Source of the DNA: Prasinococcaceae sp. CCMP 1430
Taxonomy: Eukaryota > Plantae > Prasinodermophyta
Direction: 5' to 3'
Assembly: GCA_013416795.1 (NCBI GenBank)
Contig: RQSC01000028.1
Span: forward strand, 689,105 to 753,104
DNA length: 64,000 nt
Shown here: positions 25,493 through 36,959 of the stretch, piece after piece
Layout: each line of letters starts with the position of its first letter
Position numbering within the stretch: the first letter of the stretch is position 1
Translations under genes and position numbers: made by a program
The notes under the pieces: model-generated
Told to the model about the DNA's origin: nothing
What the model saw: only the letters and a program-made list of their open reading frames with translations
Databases searched by the model: none

Positions 25493-25670
25493 CCGAAGAT
25501 TTTCTTTTTGATTTTTTTTTGCGGAAAAGGGGCGGGCGCACGCGGCTGCCACAGCGCGCGCGCTCTGCGCTGCGCCCCCGCGCCCCGCCCCGCCCTGGCT
25601 CCGACGCGGGACGCGCGGGGTTCGGGTGCCGGAGCGGTAGGAGCGCGCGCGCGCCGGCGCTCGCGCGGCC

Positions 25671-26426
25671 ATGGCCGCGGGCGATGGCGTGCGGCTGGTG
25701 CACCGCGAGCGCAGCGAGAACAAGCTCGAGGACGCTGCGCGACCAGCGCACCGCCGCGAGGTCTCGACCATCAACATGAACATGAACGTCAACTGGATGG
25801 ACTACCCGGGCGCGTGGTCGTTCTACGTGCTCGCTGTGGCCATCGTGTGGTTCTGCTTCTTCGTGCTCGACGGCTTCGAGAGCGGCTACGCGTGGACGTA
25901 CACGCACATGGTGCATGCGGCCATCACGTTCTACCTCTTCCACTGGAAGAAGGTGCGCACGCGCGTCTGCGCGCACGCGCGTCTGCGCGCCTGCTTTCGG
26001 CCGCGTGCTCGCGCTCCCGCGCACGGGCTGACGCCTCTGTTCGCCGTCCCTCGCCGGCTTCGCGCTGCTCTCCTCGCGCGTCCGTCTGTTTCGCCCCGGC
26101 GCCCGTCCTCCGTCCCCCGCACGCGGCGCTCGCGCTCGCAGGGCTCGCCCATCAACGACGACCAGGGCCAGTTCGATGACCTCACCTTCTGGGAGCAGAT
26201 CGACTGCGGCGTGCACTGGACGGGTACCAAGAAGTTCCTCGCGGGCGTGCCCATCGTGCTGTGCCTGCTCGCGTCGAACCCGTACACCGGCGTGCCTGCG
26301 GAGAAGGACGACTCGGCGCAGCTTTTCATCAACACCATCGTCGCGCTCGTGCTCGTCATCGCCAAGGTGCCTGAGATGCACAAGGTGCGGCTGCTGGGCA
26401 TTAACAAGGGCATCCCGACGCAATAG
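25671..26426 (+). CDS. ORMDL: ORMDL/ORM sphingolipid-synthesis regulator; intron 25953-26141
   Basis: NMNVNW...GAW, WTYTHMVH, FHWKK|GSP, DQG..DDLTFWEQID, KKFL..VPIVL, KVPEMHKVRLLGINK. Confidence 0.96.
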   Translation: MAAGDGVRLVHRERSENKLEDAARPAHRREVSTINMNMNVNWMDYPGAWSFYVLAVAIVWFCFFVLDGFESGYAWTYTHMVHAAITFYLFHWKKVRTRVCAHARLRACFRPRARAPAHGLTPLFAVPRRLRAALLARPSVSPRRPSSVPRTRRSRSQGSPINDDQGQFDDLTFWEQIDCGVHWTGTKKFLAGVPIVLCLLASNPYTGVPAEKDDSAQLFINTIVALVLVIAKVPEMHKVRLLGINKGIPTQ

Positions 26427-28179
26427 GTGGCCGGTGGAACCGGGTGGGCGGGGCCCGCGCAAGCCCAGGGGGGGAGGGGAGGCGGGCGTCGCGCCCGCCG
26501 TTCGGGTGCTGCTGCGACGGCGTCGCCACGCTTGGCGGAGATCACCTCGCCCTCCCTCCTCCGCACATCGCCGGCGGACGGAGGGCGCGCGATCGGCGCC
26601 TCCAGTGCTACGCCGCCCGCGGCCGCGGCAGCAGCGCGGTCGCAGGGGCGCCGCGCGAGGCCGCGGCCGGAGGTGCCCGCGCGCCCGCCCCCAACCCCCC
26701 GCCGCGGCCCCTCCGCATGCCGCGAGGCCGCACCTGCCGTGCCTGCGGCGCCCTCCCTCGCCTTCGCGCGCGCCCCGCTGCCCGTCGCCAGCCTGCCTTG
26801 CCCCCCCTCCCCCCTCCCAGCATGTCCACCCCCCGCCGGCGCCTGCGCGCTTCTGCGCGCCACCAGGCTGCAAAAAACAACAAAAAAAAGTCCATCAAAA
26901 TCAATTGCACCACAGCGCATTTTTCTGCAAAATAAAAGCAAATTGAACTCCCATCAAGTTCGCCTGCACGACTGGCGCCGGCGTCAGCGGGAAAAAAAAA
27001 ACGGAAACGGCGGAGTTGCCGCGGGCGGGTCCGCGCGGCGCGGCGTGAATCGCGTGCATTGTGATACGGGCCGCGCCCCCCCTCGCCCCGAACCGCACCC
27101 GAAAATCCCAATCAAAAAATGAAAATAAAAATATATCAACATAAAAAAAACGACATACACGCGCGCATGGGGTGTCGCTGTCGCGTGGGTATTCGCGTCC
27201 GCGCGATGCGCGTGCCCACGGGAGATCACCTCGTCAGATCGCATCGAAGGCGGCGCGCGACGATCGATGGCGAGCGGAAGGTCAAAATCAAAGGGCGACG
27301 TCAAAACGGCTTGAAATTGCGCGCGGGGGTGTTGAGGTTGAACGTGTATCCAGATTTGGATTCGCCGCAGCTTTGCCGAATTGGATTCCCGTTATTTACA
27401 TTTCTTTATATGATTGAATTGCATTCTTCGGAGAAATGTGGTTTCGGGAGATCAAACGTGGATTTATCTCGATAAGCGCCGCGCGCGTGCGCATTTGCGG
27501 GAGGGTTTGCTCTCGCGCGCGGGCCGCGCCACAGGGCCCGGCGGGGGCGCCCCCCCCCCTGCGGGCGTCCTTGAGGACCATCACCAGCGCCCCTTTGCCC
27601 CTCCCCTACGCCTCCCGCCGCAGCCTCGCCCGCCCTCGGCCCTCGCGCGGCGGGCGGCGGCGCGCCAGTTTGGCGGCGCCGCCGGATCGCACGCACGAAT
27701 TCCCCCGTTCTCTGGCGAGTGGGGCACTGTCCGTGTGGCAGTGGGGGTGCGGGGGCGGAGCGGGGACTGAGGAAGGGGCCGCGGGTCGATCCCCCCCCCC
27801 CCCCCCATCCCCTGCGCGCCACCTCTCCTCCGGCCACCCTCCGTGCGCCCCCTTCTCCGTGCCTCCCCCACTCCGCTGCCTTGCAGCAATTTTCCGCTCG
27901 GCCCGCCAACGCGCGGTACAGTGACGAGCCGGGTGCTAGTTCTGACGGCATTTTCTGCCGCGAGGCGGGGCGGCGCGCCGACAGGCAGGCAATCGCCCGG
28001 CGAGCTCGCCCGCGCCCTCGCCCCCCGCCCTCGCCCCTTCGACGCCACCTCCCCCGTTCTACTCCACGGTCTCCAGCACCCCACCTCCCCTCCCGCGCGC
28101 ACACTGAGACGCGCGCGGCTGCTGGGCAAGTATTGGGCGAGCTGCCCTGCGACGGCGGCGGGGGTACGAGCGAAGGAGG

Positions 28180-30671
28180 ATGCCCGGCACGCCGGAGAGC
28201 AACGACGTCATCCGAGCAGCCGCGCCGCCTGCGGCCGCGGCCGTGGGCGCGCCTGCGGCGAGCGGCGCTCCGCCGCTGGCTGGCGCGGGCCTCGGCGGCG
28301 AGAGCACGGGCGCCGCCGACGGTTCGCTGTGGCCCGGACTGGCCCCCAAAGGGGCAGGTGTGAACACCGGGCTCTCGCGCACTGGGAGCGGGGTGGGCGA
28401 GCAAAGCGGCCCGGCGGATGACCAGCCTGCCCGAAAGGCGAAGCGCCGCCGCCGCGCCAAGGACGGCCGCGTCAGGAAGCACACGTGCCACAAATGCTCC
28501 GCAGTGATCGTGCTCGACGACCCCACCGCCGGGCTCAAAGCAGGCACGGTCTGTGATGTGTGCGAGTGCACCTTCCACGTGCACGACTGCGGCAAGCGCT
28601 ACGAAAAGGCTGGCCTGCCTCCCGAGGCTGCCGCGGAGTGCCCATGCTGCAGCCGTGCTTGCGACTGCGGCGGTGGCCCCGTGTCCTGCTACTCCAAGGT
28701 CAGCCGCGAGCGCATGCGAGAGCGCCGCCTCAAGGCGAGGCAGCAGGCCGCAGGCTCAGCCGAATCGCCAACCCGAGACGAGTCGGCCAGCGCCAAGCCA
28801 AGCACTGTGACTGTCGGCACGGGCGATGCAGAGAGCGTCGATGCCATGAGCTCGGAAGGACTGCAGCGCGCCCCTTACAGCCACCCGGTTGCCCTTCACG
28901 TTGCCTCGCGCACAGCGCGCAGCTTGGTGGACGCGCCCGCCGAGCCAGCAGTACCGCCTGACGCCGCGGTGAACATAGCAATGCTTCCATCGCCTACGGC
29001 CGCGAGACAGCAGCCACTGGCAGGCACGGAGGATGCGAGCCACGGCAGCGACTCAGCGTGCGCAGGCACTGTGCCGTTGCAAACGCAGCAGTACGGTGGC
29101 GGCGCAATCGGGAGCGGTGGTTTGACCGTAGCCGACATCGACGCGGCCCTCGATGCATCGAAGAACGGCGAGGTGCTCGAGCTCTCTCCTCAGCACTTTG
29201 CTTACGACCAGCCGTGCGAGATCCTCGAGAGTCAGCCAGAGGCGTTGCGCGTGCAAGCCGCCACTTTGCAGCACCAGCACCCGAGCGAGCAGGGAGGGGC
29301 GCAGCAGGTGGGGGAGCAGCGGCCTGCGCCGGATGGTTCTCCTCACGTGTACGGCAATTCCGGCCGGTACGCGCTACTCGCCGCTGCGTCGCTCTTGTTC
29401 CTCGCGGCGTGCACAAACGTCGCCATGGAGTCGCCGCGCTTCTACGCCATGGCGGTAGCGAGGGGCCAAGGCACCCCTTCAAGTTCTGGAGCGTACGCTG
29501 GTCTTGCGCTGCGGCATTTGCTCGGACGCAATGGTACCGCCGTCCGCGATACGCATCCATGGACAATGCGGACCGAGGTAGCAGCAGCGACGTTCAGCTC
29601 CTCGGCGAGTATCATCGGATACATCCTGTCCTGCGCGTGTGTGTTGTGGCCAAACACGGCGCCAATGCAGCTGGTGCTGGCTGCATGGCTCCTCTTTTCG
29701 TCGATCGGAACGGTGCGTGGTGGGCGTCGGCTGCTCGCTCACTGCAACTGTATCGCGCCGAACACCCGTCGCTGCGTCCGTCACCCCCCCGCGCGCTCCC
29801 ACCCCACTGGCGATGCCAGTATACGCGTGCTGACACCGCATGCCCTGCATGTGCTGGCACCCATGCGCACACTCCGTCCACATACTCGCACATGTGCGCG
29901 TGGGCCGGCGTGCGCGCCTGGTCGGCCACAACGCTCGTCGAACGCCTGGTGTTCCACGCCTGCGCCTAGATCGTGTGCTGGCGGGCTGTCTGGTATCACC
30001 TACCCATCGACGAGCTCAATCCTGCGGGGCTGATGGTTCGCGCCTGTGTCACGATGATGGGCGTGCTGCATGTGCTGGGCACCGCGTGCGTCCAGCGACG
30101 AAGCGCCGCAGGTGCTGACGCGCACTGGCACTCCGATACCAGCTGGGAGGGGCGCGCAGTCTTGTTGCTGAAGAACATCACTGCCCCGACGTTGCTGTGT
30201 TCTTGGACGGCTGGCCAATTGGTGGTGTCGCGGACCTTTTCGTCTGAGTTGACGCCTCGGTTTATGGGCTGGGTGTTCACCATAACGATGGTCTTGTTTC
30301 CTGTGGGCTGGTCCGCCACCATCCAAAGCTGGAAGAAGTACTCTCACCCCGCGCTGGCCCCGCTGGTGGAGGTGTGCGATGGTGGCGGGCTGGCGATGCT
30401 TTGGTACGCCATGTGGGAGAACACGATGCAGCAACAGTCGTACGTCGGGCACGACTTCTTCGCGCAATCCTCAGCTGCGCTTGTGATCGGCATCTGCTTG
30501 GCAAAAACGGGCATCGGCAGCGAGCGCCTGAGGCGCCTCCTTCTTCCGCTCCGGAAGGGCGACAAGGTCGGTCCGGCCGGCGGCGGCAAGCACATCTTCA
30601 CGGGCACGATACTATTTTGCTACGCCATCGGCGCGTACTACGCCTGGATGAAGGCGCGCCACTCAGACTAG
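28180..30671 (+). CDS. zf-4CXXC_R1-like zinc finger plus multi-pass membrane domain; intron 29713-29969
   Basis: TCHKC...CDVC...HVHDC..RY...CPCCSRACDC...C; about 8-9 hydrophobic segments in the C-terminal half; phase-0 GTGCGT...TAG intron. Confidence 0.7.
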
Positions 30672-30860
30672 GCGCGCCTTTCGTCCTTGTATCGAAACTA
30701 CACTACTGTAGTCACGCGAGTACTACAGTAGTGGACTAGCATGCAATAAGTAAATACACAATGCTCTCCCCTCTCTCTCGCCCTTGTTCCTGCCCCTCCG
30801 TCGGGCGCCGCAGCCAGCGGCGCGGGCCGGAGGCCGCCGCACGCACCTCGAGCCGCGGCG

Positions 30861-30986
30861 GGCGAGGAGGGGCGCTTCTACATCGTCACCGATGACGGCT
30901 ACGAGCTCTTCTGGGAGGCGCTCGACCGCGCCTTCTGCTACCTGGGCGGCGAGAAATTCACGCATTTACAAACCCTACTTCGTTAA
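30861..30986 (+). pseudogene. Isolated fragment resembling 3-beta-hydroxysteroid dehydrogenase/decarboxylase (NSDHL-like)
   Basis: GRFYIVTDDGYELFWEALDRAFCYLG resembles GxxyfitDxxpxxFWxfl; no ATG and no other exons visible. Confidence 0.35.
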
Positions 30987-31079
30987 GAAACCTTTATTTC
31001 GCCGCTGCGCCGTACAAACCCGTGGAACTGAGGCCGCGCGAGCCGCCGGCGGCCGCCGCTGGGTGGCACACTGCGCGCG

Positions 31080-31170
<91 letters not shown>

Positions 31171-31254
31171 NNNNNNNNNNNNNNNNNNNNNNNNNNNNNN
31201 NNNNNNNNNNNNNNNNNNNNNNNNNNNNNNNNNNNNNNNNNNNNNNNNNNNNNN

Positions 31255-31857
31255 CCGCGCTGCGCGCCGCCGTCGCAGCGGGCGGCGGCGCGGCGCGCGA
31301 CGACGGCTTCGAGAAGTTCATGTACCTCGCGCAGGTGCTCGACTCGGGCGCGGAGGCGAAGGAGTGCCTCGAGGCCGGCGTGGCCATCCTCGAGCGGCTG
31401 CTGGCGACACCCTCGGCAACACGCTCCGGGACGCACGCGGACGCCGAGGCCGCCGCGCACCTTCGGTCGCAGCTGGCGGCGGCGCTGTGCGCGCTGGCGG
31501 AGCAGGTGTACTGCGAGGACGAGGAGCTCGGCGCGGACGCCGAGGTGGCCGCCATGCTCGCGGAGTGCGAGGCGCTCTACGCGCGCGCCGCGGGCGTCGA
31601 CGCGGGGTCGCCCGAGCCGCTGCACGGCCTCGCCAACGTGCGCCTGCAGCAGGGCAGGCGCGACGAGGCGCGGGCGCTCATGGAGAGGAGCCTGGCGATA
31701 TGGGCGCCCGACTGCCTCGAGGAGGAGGTGCGTGGGCTGCGGGCGGGTGGGCGTGGGCGCGCAGAGGCCCGCGTGCGTCGCCGAGCGCATTCGTGCGCCT
31801 GTGCGCGTGTCCGAGCGGATGCTGCGTGCGTGTGTGTGTGTGCTTGTGTCTACGCGC

Positions 31858-31918
<61 letters not shown>

Positions 31919-32509
31919 GGAGGTGGCCGGGATGACAACTCACCGATTGCCTGACGGCGGCCCGCCTGACTTGCGGGCCGCCTGTCGTGGAGGACAATCA
32001 GGATCAACCGTCTGAGCCGCGCAGCCCGCGAAGACTCCAGCGCCGCCGCGGCGGCGCGCGCGCGCAACGGTCGCGCAGTGCGCGCGCTCACAACGCACAC
32101 GCGCATGCGCACACGTACGTACGCGCGAGCGAGCCTTTGCTCGCGTCGTCCGGCTGCCGTCCGCTGACGCATCCTCTCAAACGCATGCCGACGCCCCCGC
32201 GGCATCGCTCGCGCGTGCGCGCGCAGTCTGCCCCCGCGAGCGCAGCCGCGGACGAGGTCGACCCCGCGGCCGCCGAGGCCGCCGCGCTGGCGTCGGCCGC
32301 CGCCTCGCTGGGCGCCGAGCCGCCGAGCATCGAGATGCGCGTGGAGGCCGCCAAGCTGCTGCTGGAGTGCGAGATGGCGCGCGCCGCGCGGCGCGTGCTG
32401 CGGGGGCTCGTCGCTGAGGACGACCGCGTGTTCGACGCGTGGTGTCTGCTCGGGCTCAGCCACGTCCACTGCGCGCGGGGGGGCAGCGAGGTGCGTTCGC
32501 TGCACGCCG

Positions 32510-32586
<77 letters not shown>

Positions 32587-32587
32587 N

Positions 32588-32676
<89 letters not shown>

Positions 32677-32919
32677 CGTGCGCGCGCGCGCCAGCCCGCG
32701 CAACCACGTGTGGCTCTGGACCTGTGCTGACCTCCGGGGCCTTCCCTCGTGCGCGGCTCGCGCGCCGTGGCGGCAGGCTGCGCGGCGCGACGGCGCCGAC
32801 GCCGCGCGCGAGTGCGCAGATCGCGCGGGCGCGCTCGTGCGCGAGGGCGACGCGTACACGGAGCAGTCCCGAGCGATGGTCGCCGCGCTCGTGGAGGACG
32901 CCGATGCCCTGCACACCGA

Positions 32920-32952
<33 letters not shown>

Positions 32953-32977
32953 GGGGGGGGACGACATGGAGTTGTGA
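31255..32977 (+). CDS. ACL4: TPR protein, ACL4-like assembly chaperone of RPL4 (5' part in gap); introns about 31729-32226 and 32491-32774
   Basis: KFMYLAQ..SG.EA, ALCALAE.VY, PEPLHGLANVRLQQGR.DEA, PSIEMRVEAAKLLLE, EDDRVFDAWCLLG. Confidence 0.8.
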
Positions 32978-33448
32978 CCGCAGCGTACACACGTGTGGAT
33001 TCGCGGAGACCACGCGAGCGCTCGCGCACCACATGGGTGGCTGCTGTTCAGCACACCGATCGAGTAGCTAGGACCTGACTGTCTAAGTGACCAGATAGAA
33101 AACTACCTACGGCGGCCACCTGCTACCTCCGCACGGCGTCGCCGTCGGCGGCCCTGCCCTCCTGCCGCTCTCCCCCTCGCCCGTGTCGCCTCCCTCCGCG
33201 CAGGGCCGAGAAGGCGCTGCTGCCGCCACCGTCCTCGCCCTCATCCTCCTCCTCCTCCTGCTCCTCGGCGCGCTCGTCCGCGCCTCGCCTCGACCTCTCC
33301 CTCTGAACACACGGATCAACCCCAGCTCTTCAGAAATAGTATAGACCCTAAACCAAACCGCGGGTGAATGAACCCTTATTTCAAAACCTTAACCTCGCGG
33401 CGCGGCCGCGGCGTGTGGCGCGCGCGCGCGCCGCCCGCCCGCCCGCNC

Positions 33449-33727
33449 GGCGTGCCCGTGGAATGCATCGTGTGCATCGAGAAGGTCTATGGCCCAATCA
33501 GCGAGGCGCTCGCGCGCGTTGCCGACAGCACGGGCGCGGCGGCCGTCGTCGTGGCGTCGACCGGCAAAGGCTGGCTGAAAAAGCTCTGGGCAGGCTCCAC
33601 GTCGGACGGCCTCGCACACGAGCAAAAGTGCCGCGCGGTGGTCATTTTGCACGGCACGGACGCCGGGCTGCCTCCCGAACCTGAGCCAGTGCCAGCTGCG
33701 GACGATGCTGGTCACGTGTCGGCGTAA
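33449..33727 (+). CDS. Universal stress protein, C-terminal part (5' lost at N join 33448)
   Basis: GPISEALARVAD..GAAAVVVASTGKGWLKKLWAGSTSD.LAH...CRAVVILH. Confidence 0.8.
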   Translation, partial: GVPVECIVCIEKVYGPISEALARVADSTGAAAVVVASTGKGWLKKLWAGSTSDGLAHEQKCRAVVILHGTDAGLPPEPEPVPAADDAGHVSA

Positions 33728-33842
33728 TAATCGGAGCAGACGACGGCGCCTGTACGGACGCCCCCTCGCTCGGCCTGGCGGTCAGGCACAACCTGCGCAG
33801 CCTAAGTGCGCACGTGGTTGTGCGAGCCGGGTTCAAGACAGA

Positions 33843-35915
33843 ATGCAGCACGCGCAGAGACGCGCGGGGCGGCGGGCGGGCGAGGCGGGCGAGCCGCTGC
33901 TCGACGGCGCGGGCGCCGACGGCGAGTCGGACGACGAGGACGCGCCGCTCAAGCTGAAAGACATGCGCGGCGCCAAGCAGTGGTGGCACATGCTCACGGC
34001 CGCGTGGACGCTCATCTGGCCGGAGACCCCGGCCATGAAGGCGCGCGTGTCGGCGTGCCTGGGGCTGCTGGTGTTCGGCCGCGTCACCAACGTGTTGGTG
34101 CCCGTGGTGTACAAGCAGATGGTCGACCGCTTCGGGGACGTGCTGGCGCGCGTGGACGAGGGCGAGCACCTGAAGATGTGGGACGCGTTCTACCCGCCCG
34201 CGCTGTGGTACTGCGTGTGCTGGTTCCTGGGCGGGCAGGGCTCGGGGTTCGTCAGCAACCTGCGCCAGTTCATCTGGATCCGCGTGGGGCAGGACACGTA
34301 CAAAAGGACGTACCTCGCCGTGTTCCGCCACCTCTTCGACCTGAGCCTCGACTTCCACCTCAAGCGAAAGAGCGGCGAGATCATCAGGCTGACCGGCAGG
34401 GGCATCTCCGCGACGCAGTCGGTGCTGAACTCGATCCTCTTCTACATCCTGCCCACCATAGTCGACGTCTTCATCGCGTGCGTGTACTTTGCGATGAGCC
34501 TGGGCCCGTGGCTCGCCCTGCTGGTCCTCGTCACCATCGGGAGCTACATCCCGCTCACCATTGCGATCACCGAGTGGCGCGTGCGCTTCAGGCGCGACAT
34601 GAACCTGGCGGACAACAAGGTGAACCAGCGCTTCACCGACGCCCTCCTCAACTACGAGACCGTCAAGTACTTCAACGCGGAGGGCCACGAGATGGAGCAC
34701 CTCTCCATGGCCGTGGACAAGTACCAGCGCGTCGAGTGGATGTCGAGCTCGAGCCTGCAGATCCTCAACACGGCGCAGTCTTTCGTCATCATCATCGGCC
34801 TGGTCGTGGGACTGGTGATGGTGTCCACGCGCGTGGTGCACGGCGAGATCGGCGTGGGCGACACCGTGCTCTTCATCAGCTACATGATGCAGCTCTACTC
34901 GCCGCTCAACTACTTCGGAACCTACTACCGCATGATCCAGCAGAACATGGTCGACCTGGAAAACATGTTCGACGTGTTCGAGCAGGATCCCGACGTCGTC
35001 GACGCGCCCGACGCCACCGAGCTGGCGCTCAGCAAGGTGCGCGGCGCCGTCGAGGTGGAGAACGTGTCGTTCGCCTACAACGCGCGCTCAGAGAAGGCCG
35101 ACGACGACGAGGACGGCAGCGCGCCGCAGCCGGTGGTCGAAGTGCTGCGCGGCGTCAGCTTCAGCGCCCCCGCGGGCAGCACGGTGGCGCTGGTGGGCTC
35201 CACGGGCTCCGGGAAGAGCACGATGCTGCGGCTGCTCTTCAGGAGCTACGACCTCAGCGGGGGCAGGATCACGCTCGATGGCCTCGACATCGCGTCCCTC
35301 TCGCAGGACTCGCTCCGGCGCGCCATCGGCGTCGTGCCTCAGGACACCGTCCTGTTCAACGACACCATCGCGCACAACGTGCGCTACGGCGACCTCAGCG
35401 CGAGCGACGAGCAGGTTCGTGACGCTTGCCGCGCCGCCGCTCTGCACGACCACATCGTGGACCGCTTCCCGCAGAAGTACGAGACGGTCGTCGGCGAGCG
35501 CGGCCTCAGGCTGAGCGGCGGCGAGAAGCAGCGCGTGGCGGTCGCCCGCGCCGTGCTCAAGAATGCTCCGGTGCTGCTGCTGGACGAGGCGACCTCGTCG
35601 CTGGACAGCATCACCGAGCGGCGCATTCAGGAGAGCATCGCCAGCCTGCGCGGCTCGCGCACGACCATCGTGGTGGCGCATCGGCTCAGCACGATCCGCG
35701 ACGCCGACACCATCGTCTTCCTGGAGCGCGGCGAGGTCAAGGAGATGGGCACGCACGAGCAGCTCCTCGAGCGGCGCGGCGGCTACTTCGCGCTGTGGGA
35801 GCGCCAGCAGCAGGCGCCGGCGTCGAGCTCGGCGAGCCTCGCCTCGCTCGACGCGGAGGCCGCCGGCGCGGCGGCGGCAGGCAAGGGCAAGGGCAAGAGC
35901 AAGGGCGCCGCTTAG
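33843..35915 (+). CDS. HMT1: ABCB half transporter, HMT1/ABCB6/ATM type; single exon
   Basis: SNLRQFIWIRV, LSLDFHLKRKSGE, DALLNYETVKYFN, GSTGSGKST, LSGGEKQRVAVAR, LLLDEATSSLD. Confidence 0.93.
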   Translation: MQHAQRRAGRRAGEAGEPLLDGAGADGESDDEDAPLKLKDMRGAKQWWHMLTAAWTLIWPETPAMKARVSACLGLLVFGRVTNVLVPVVYKQMVDRFGDVLARVDEGEHLKMWDAFYPPALWYCVCWFLGGQGSGFVSNLRQFIWIRVGQDTYKRTYLAVFRHLFDLSLDFHLKRKSGEIIRLTGRGISATQSVLNSILFYILPTIVDVFIACVYFAMSLGPWLALLVLVTIGSYIPLTIAITEWRVRFRRDMNLADNKVNQRFTDALLNYETVKYFNAEGHEMEHLSMAVDKYQRVEWMSSSSLQILNTAQSFVIIIGLVVGLVMVSTRVVHGEIGVGDTVLFISYMMQLYSPLNYFGTYYRMIQQNMVDLENMFDVFEQDPDVVDAPDATELALSKVRGAVEVENVSFAYNARSEKADDDEDGSAPQPVVEVLRGVSFSAPAGSTVALVGSTGSGKSTMLRLLFRSYDLSGGRITLDGLDIASLSQDSLRRAIGVVPQDTVLFNDTIAHNVRYGDLSASDEQVRDACRAAALHDHIVDRFPQKYETVVGERGLRLSGGEKQRVAVARAVLKNAPVLLLDEATSSLDSITERRIQESIASLRGSRTTIVVAHRLSTIRDADTIVFLERGEVKEMGTHEQLLERRGGYFALWERQQQAPASSSASLASLDAEAAGAAAAGKGKGKSKGAA

Positions 35916-36019
35916 CCTGCGTGTGCGTGCATGAGCGCGTGTGCGGCGCGCTTTTGGAATTGGCATTGAACGAATCCCCCGTACAGCAGCGTGCACGCCC
36001 CGCACCCTCGCTGCGCGGG

Positions 36020-36646
36020 CTAGGCCGTCGCCGGCTTTTTCCCGTTCTTGTGTTTGGCGGCGTCGTGCGCCACGCTCAGCGCGCCCGCGCAGAGGAGCGC
36101 GGCGACCGCGGCGAAGACCAGGTGCATCGGCTCCTTGTACGGCATGGTGATTGCCTTCTCGAGCACGTTGACCACCATCACCGCAACGAGCGTCTGTCCC
36201 AGCGACGTCTCCAGGTCGTCGATGCTGTTCACGGACAGCCACGAGGGCCGCCGCATTGGCGCGGGTGCGAAGAAGAGCTCGTACGACCCCAGGCCGAAGA
36301 CGAGGCAGACCATCCCGAGGAGGAAGTGGTCCATGGCCTCAATCGCTATCAGCACCAGGTGGTGCGCGTCGTCCGCGCGGAAGGCGTGCCAGCCCTGCGT
36401 CATCACGTCGCGAAAGCCCGTCACGAAGAGGAAGAAGGCCATCGCCAGCGCCGCGGCGACGCCGAACGCCACGAACACCTTGCTCATGCTGACCACCACC
36501 TGCACGAAGTCGAACGAGGGCGCCGACTCGGGCAGGAGCGACCTGCGGGGGCGATTAGGTTGAGGGCGCGCCGCGGCGCCCCCGTCCGAGCTCGGTGCGC
36601 CCGCCCCCGCGCCTGCCTCGCCCCCGCCGGCGGCCGCCGCGCTCAC
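36020..36646 (-). CDS. UPF0114 (YqhA-like) membrane protein; start uncertain
   Basis: IEAMDHFLLGMVCLVFGLGSYELF, PSWLSVNSIDDLETSLGQ.LV. Confidence 0.88.
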   Translation of the reverse strand: MSAAAAGGGEAGAGAGAPSSDGGAAARPQPNRPRRSLLPESAPSFDFVQVVVSMSKVFVAFGVAAALAMAFFLFVTGFRDVMTQGWHAFRADDAHHLVLIAIEAMDHFLLGMVCLVFGLGSYELFFAPAPMRRPSWLSVNSIDDLETSLGQTLVAVMVVNVLEKAITMPYKEPMHLVFAAVAALLCAGALSVAHDAAKHKNGKKPATA

Positions 36647-36652
36647 GCCGAT

Positions 36653-36704
<52 letters not shown>

Positions 36705-36959
36705 CTGACGAGGCGCGCGCGCGCGTCCCAACCTTATCCAAACGAGCGCTTTTAGGGTTTAGGGTTTGTGATGTTTAGGTTGAGGGCGCGCCCTCTGCCG
36801 GTGCCGCCCTGATGTTTCGCATGCGCGCGGCCCTTTCGGGTTCAGGCCGAGGCAACGCCGCAAAATGCTTTCAAAAAGGCCTTACCGTAGACCCTCTTTT
36901 GGTGGGTGGCCCCTCTTCATCTAAATTGGCAGCGCGCCGCCCACTCGGCAGGGGCTCCA

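Noticed and set aside
29967-29969. Stop-codon readthrough in the zinc-finger membrane gene
   Set aside because: The TAG works as the phase-0 acceptor of intron 29713-29969
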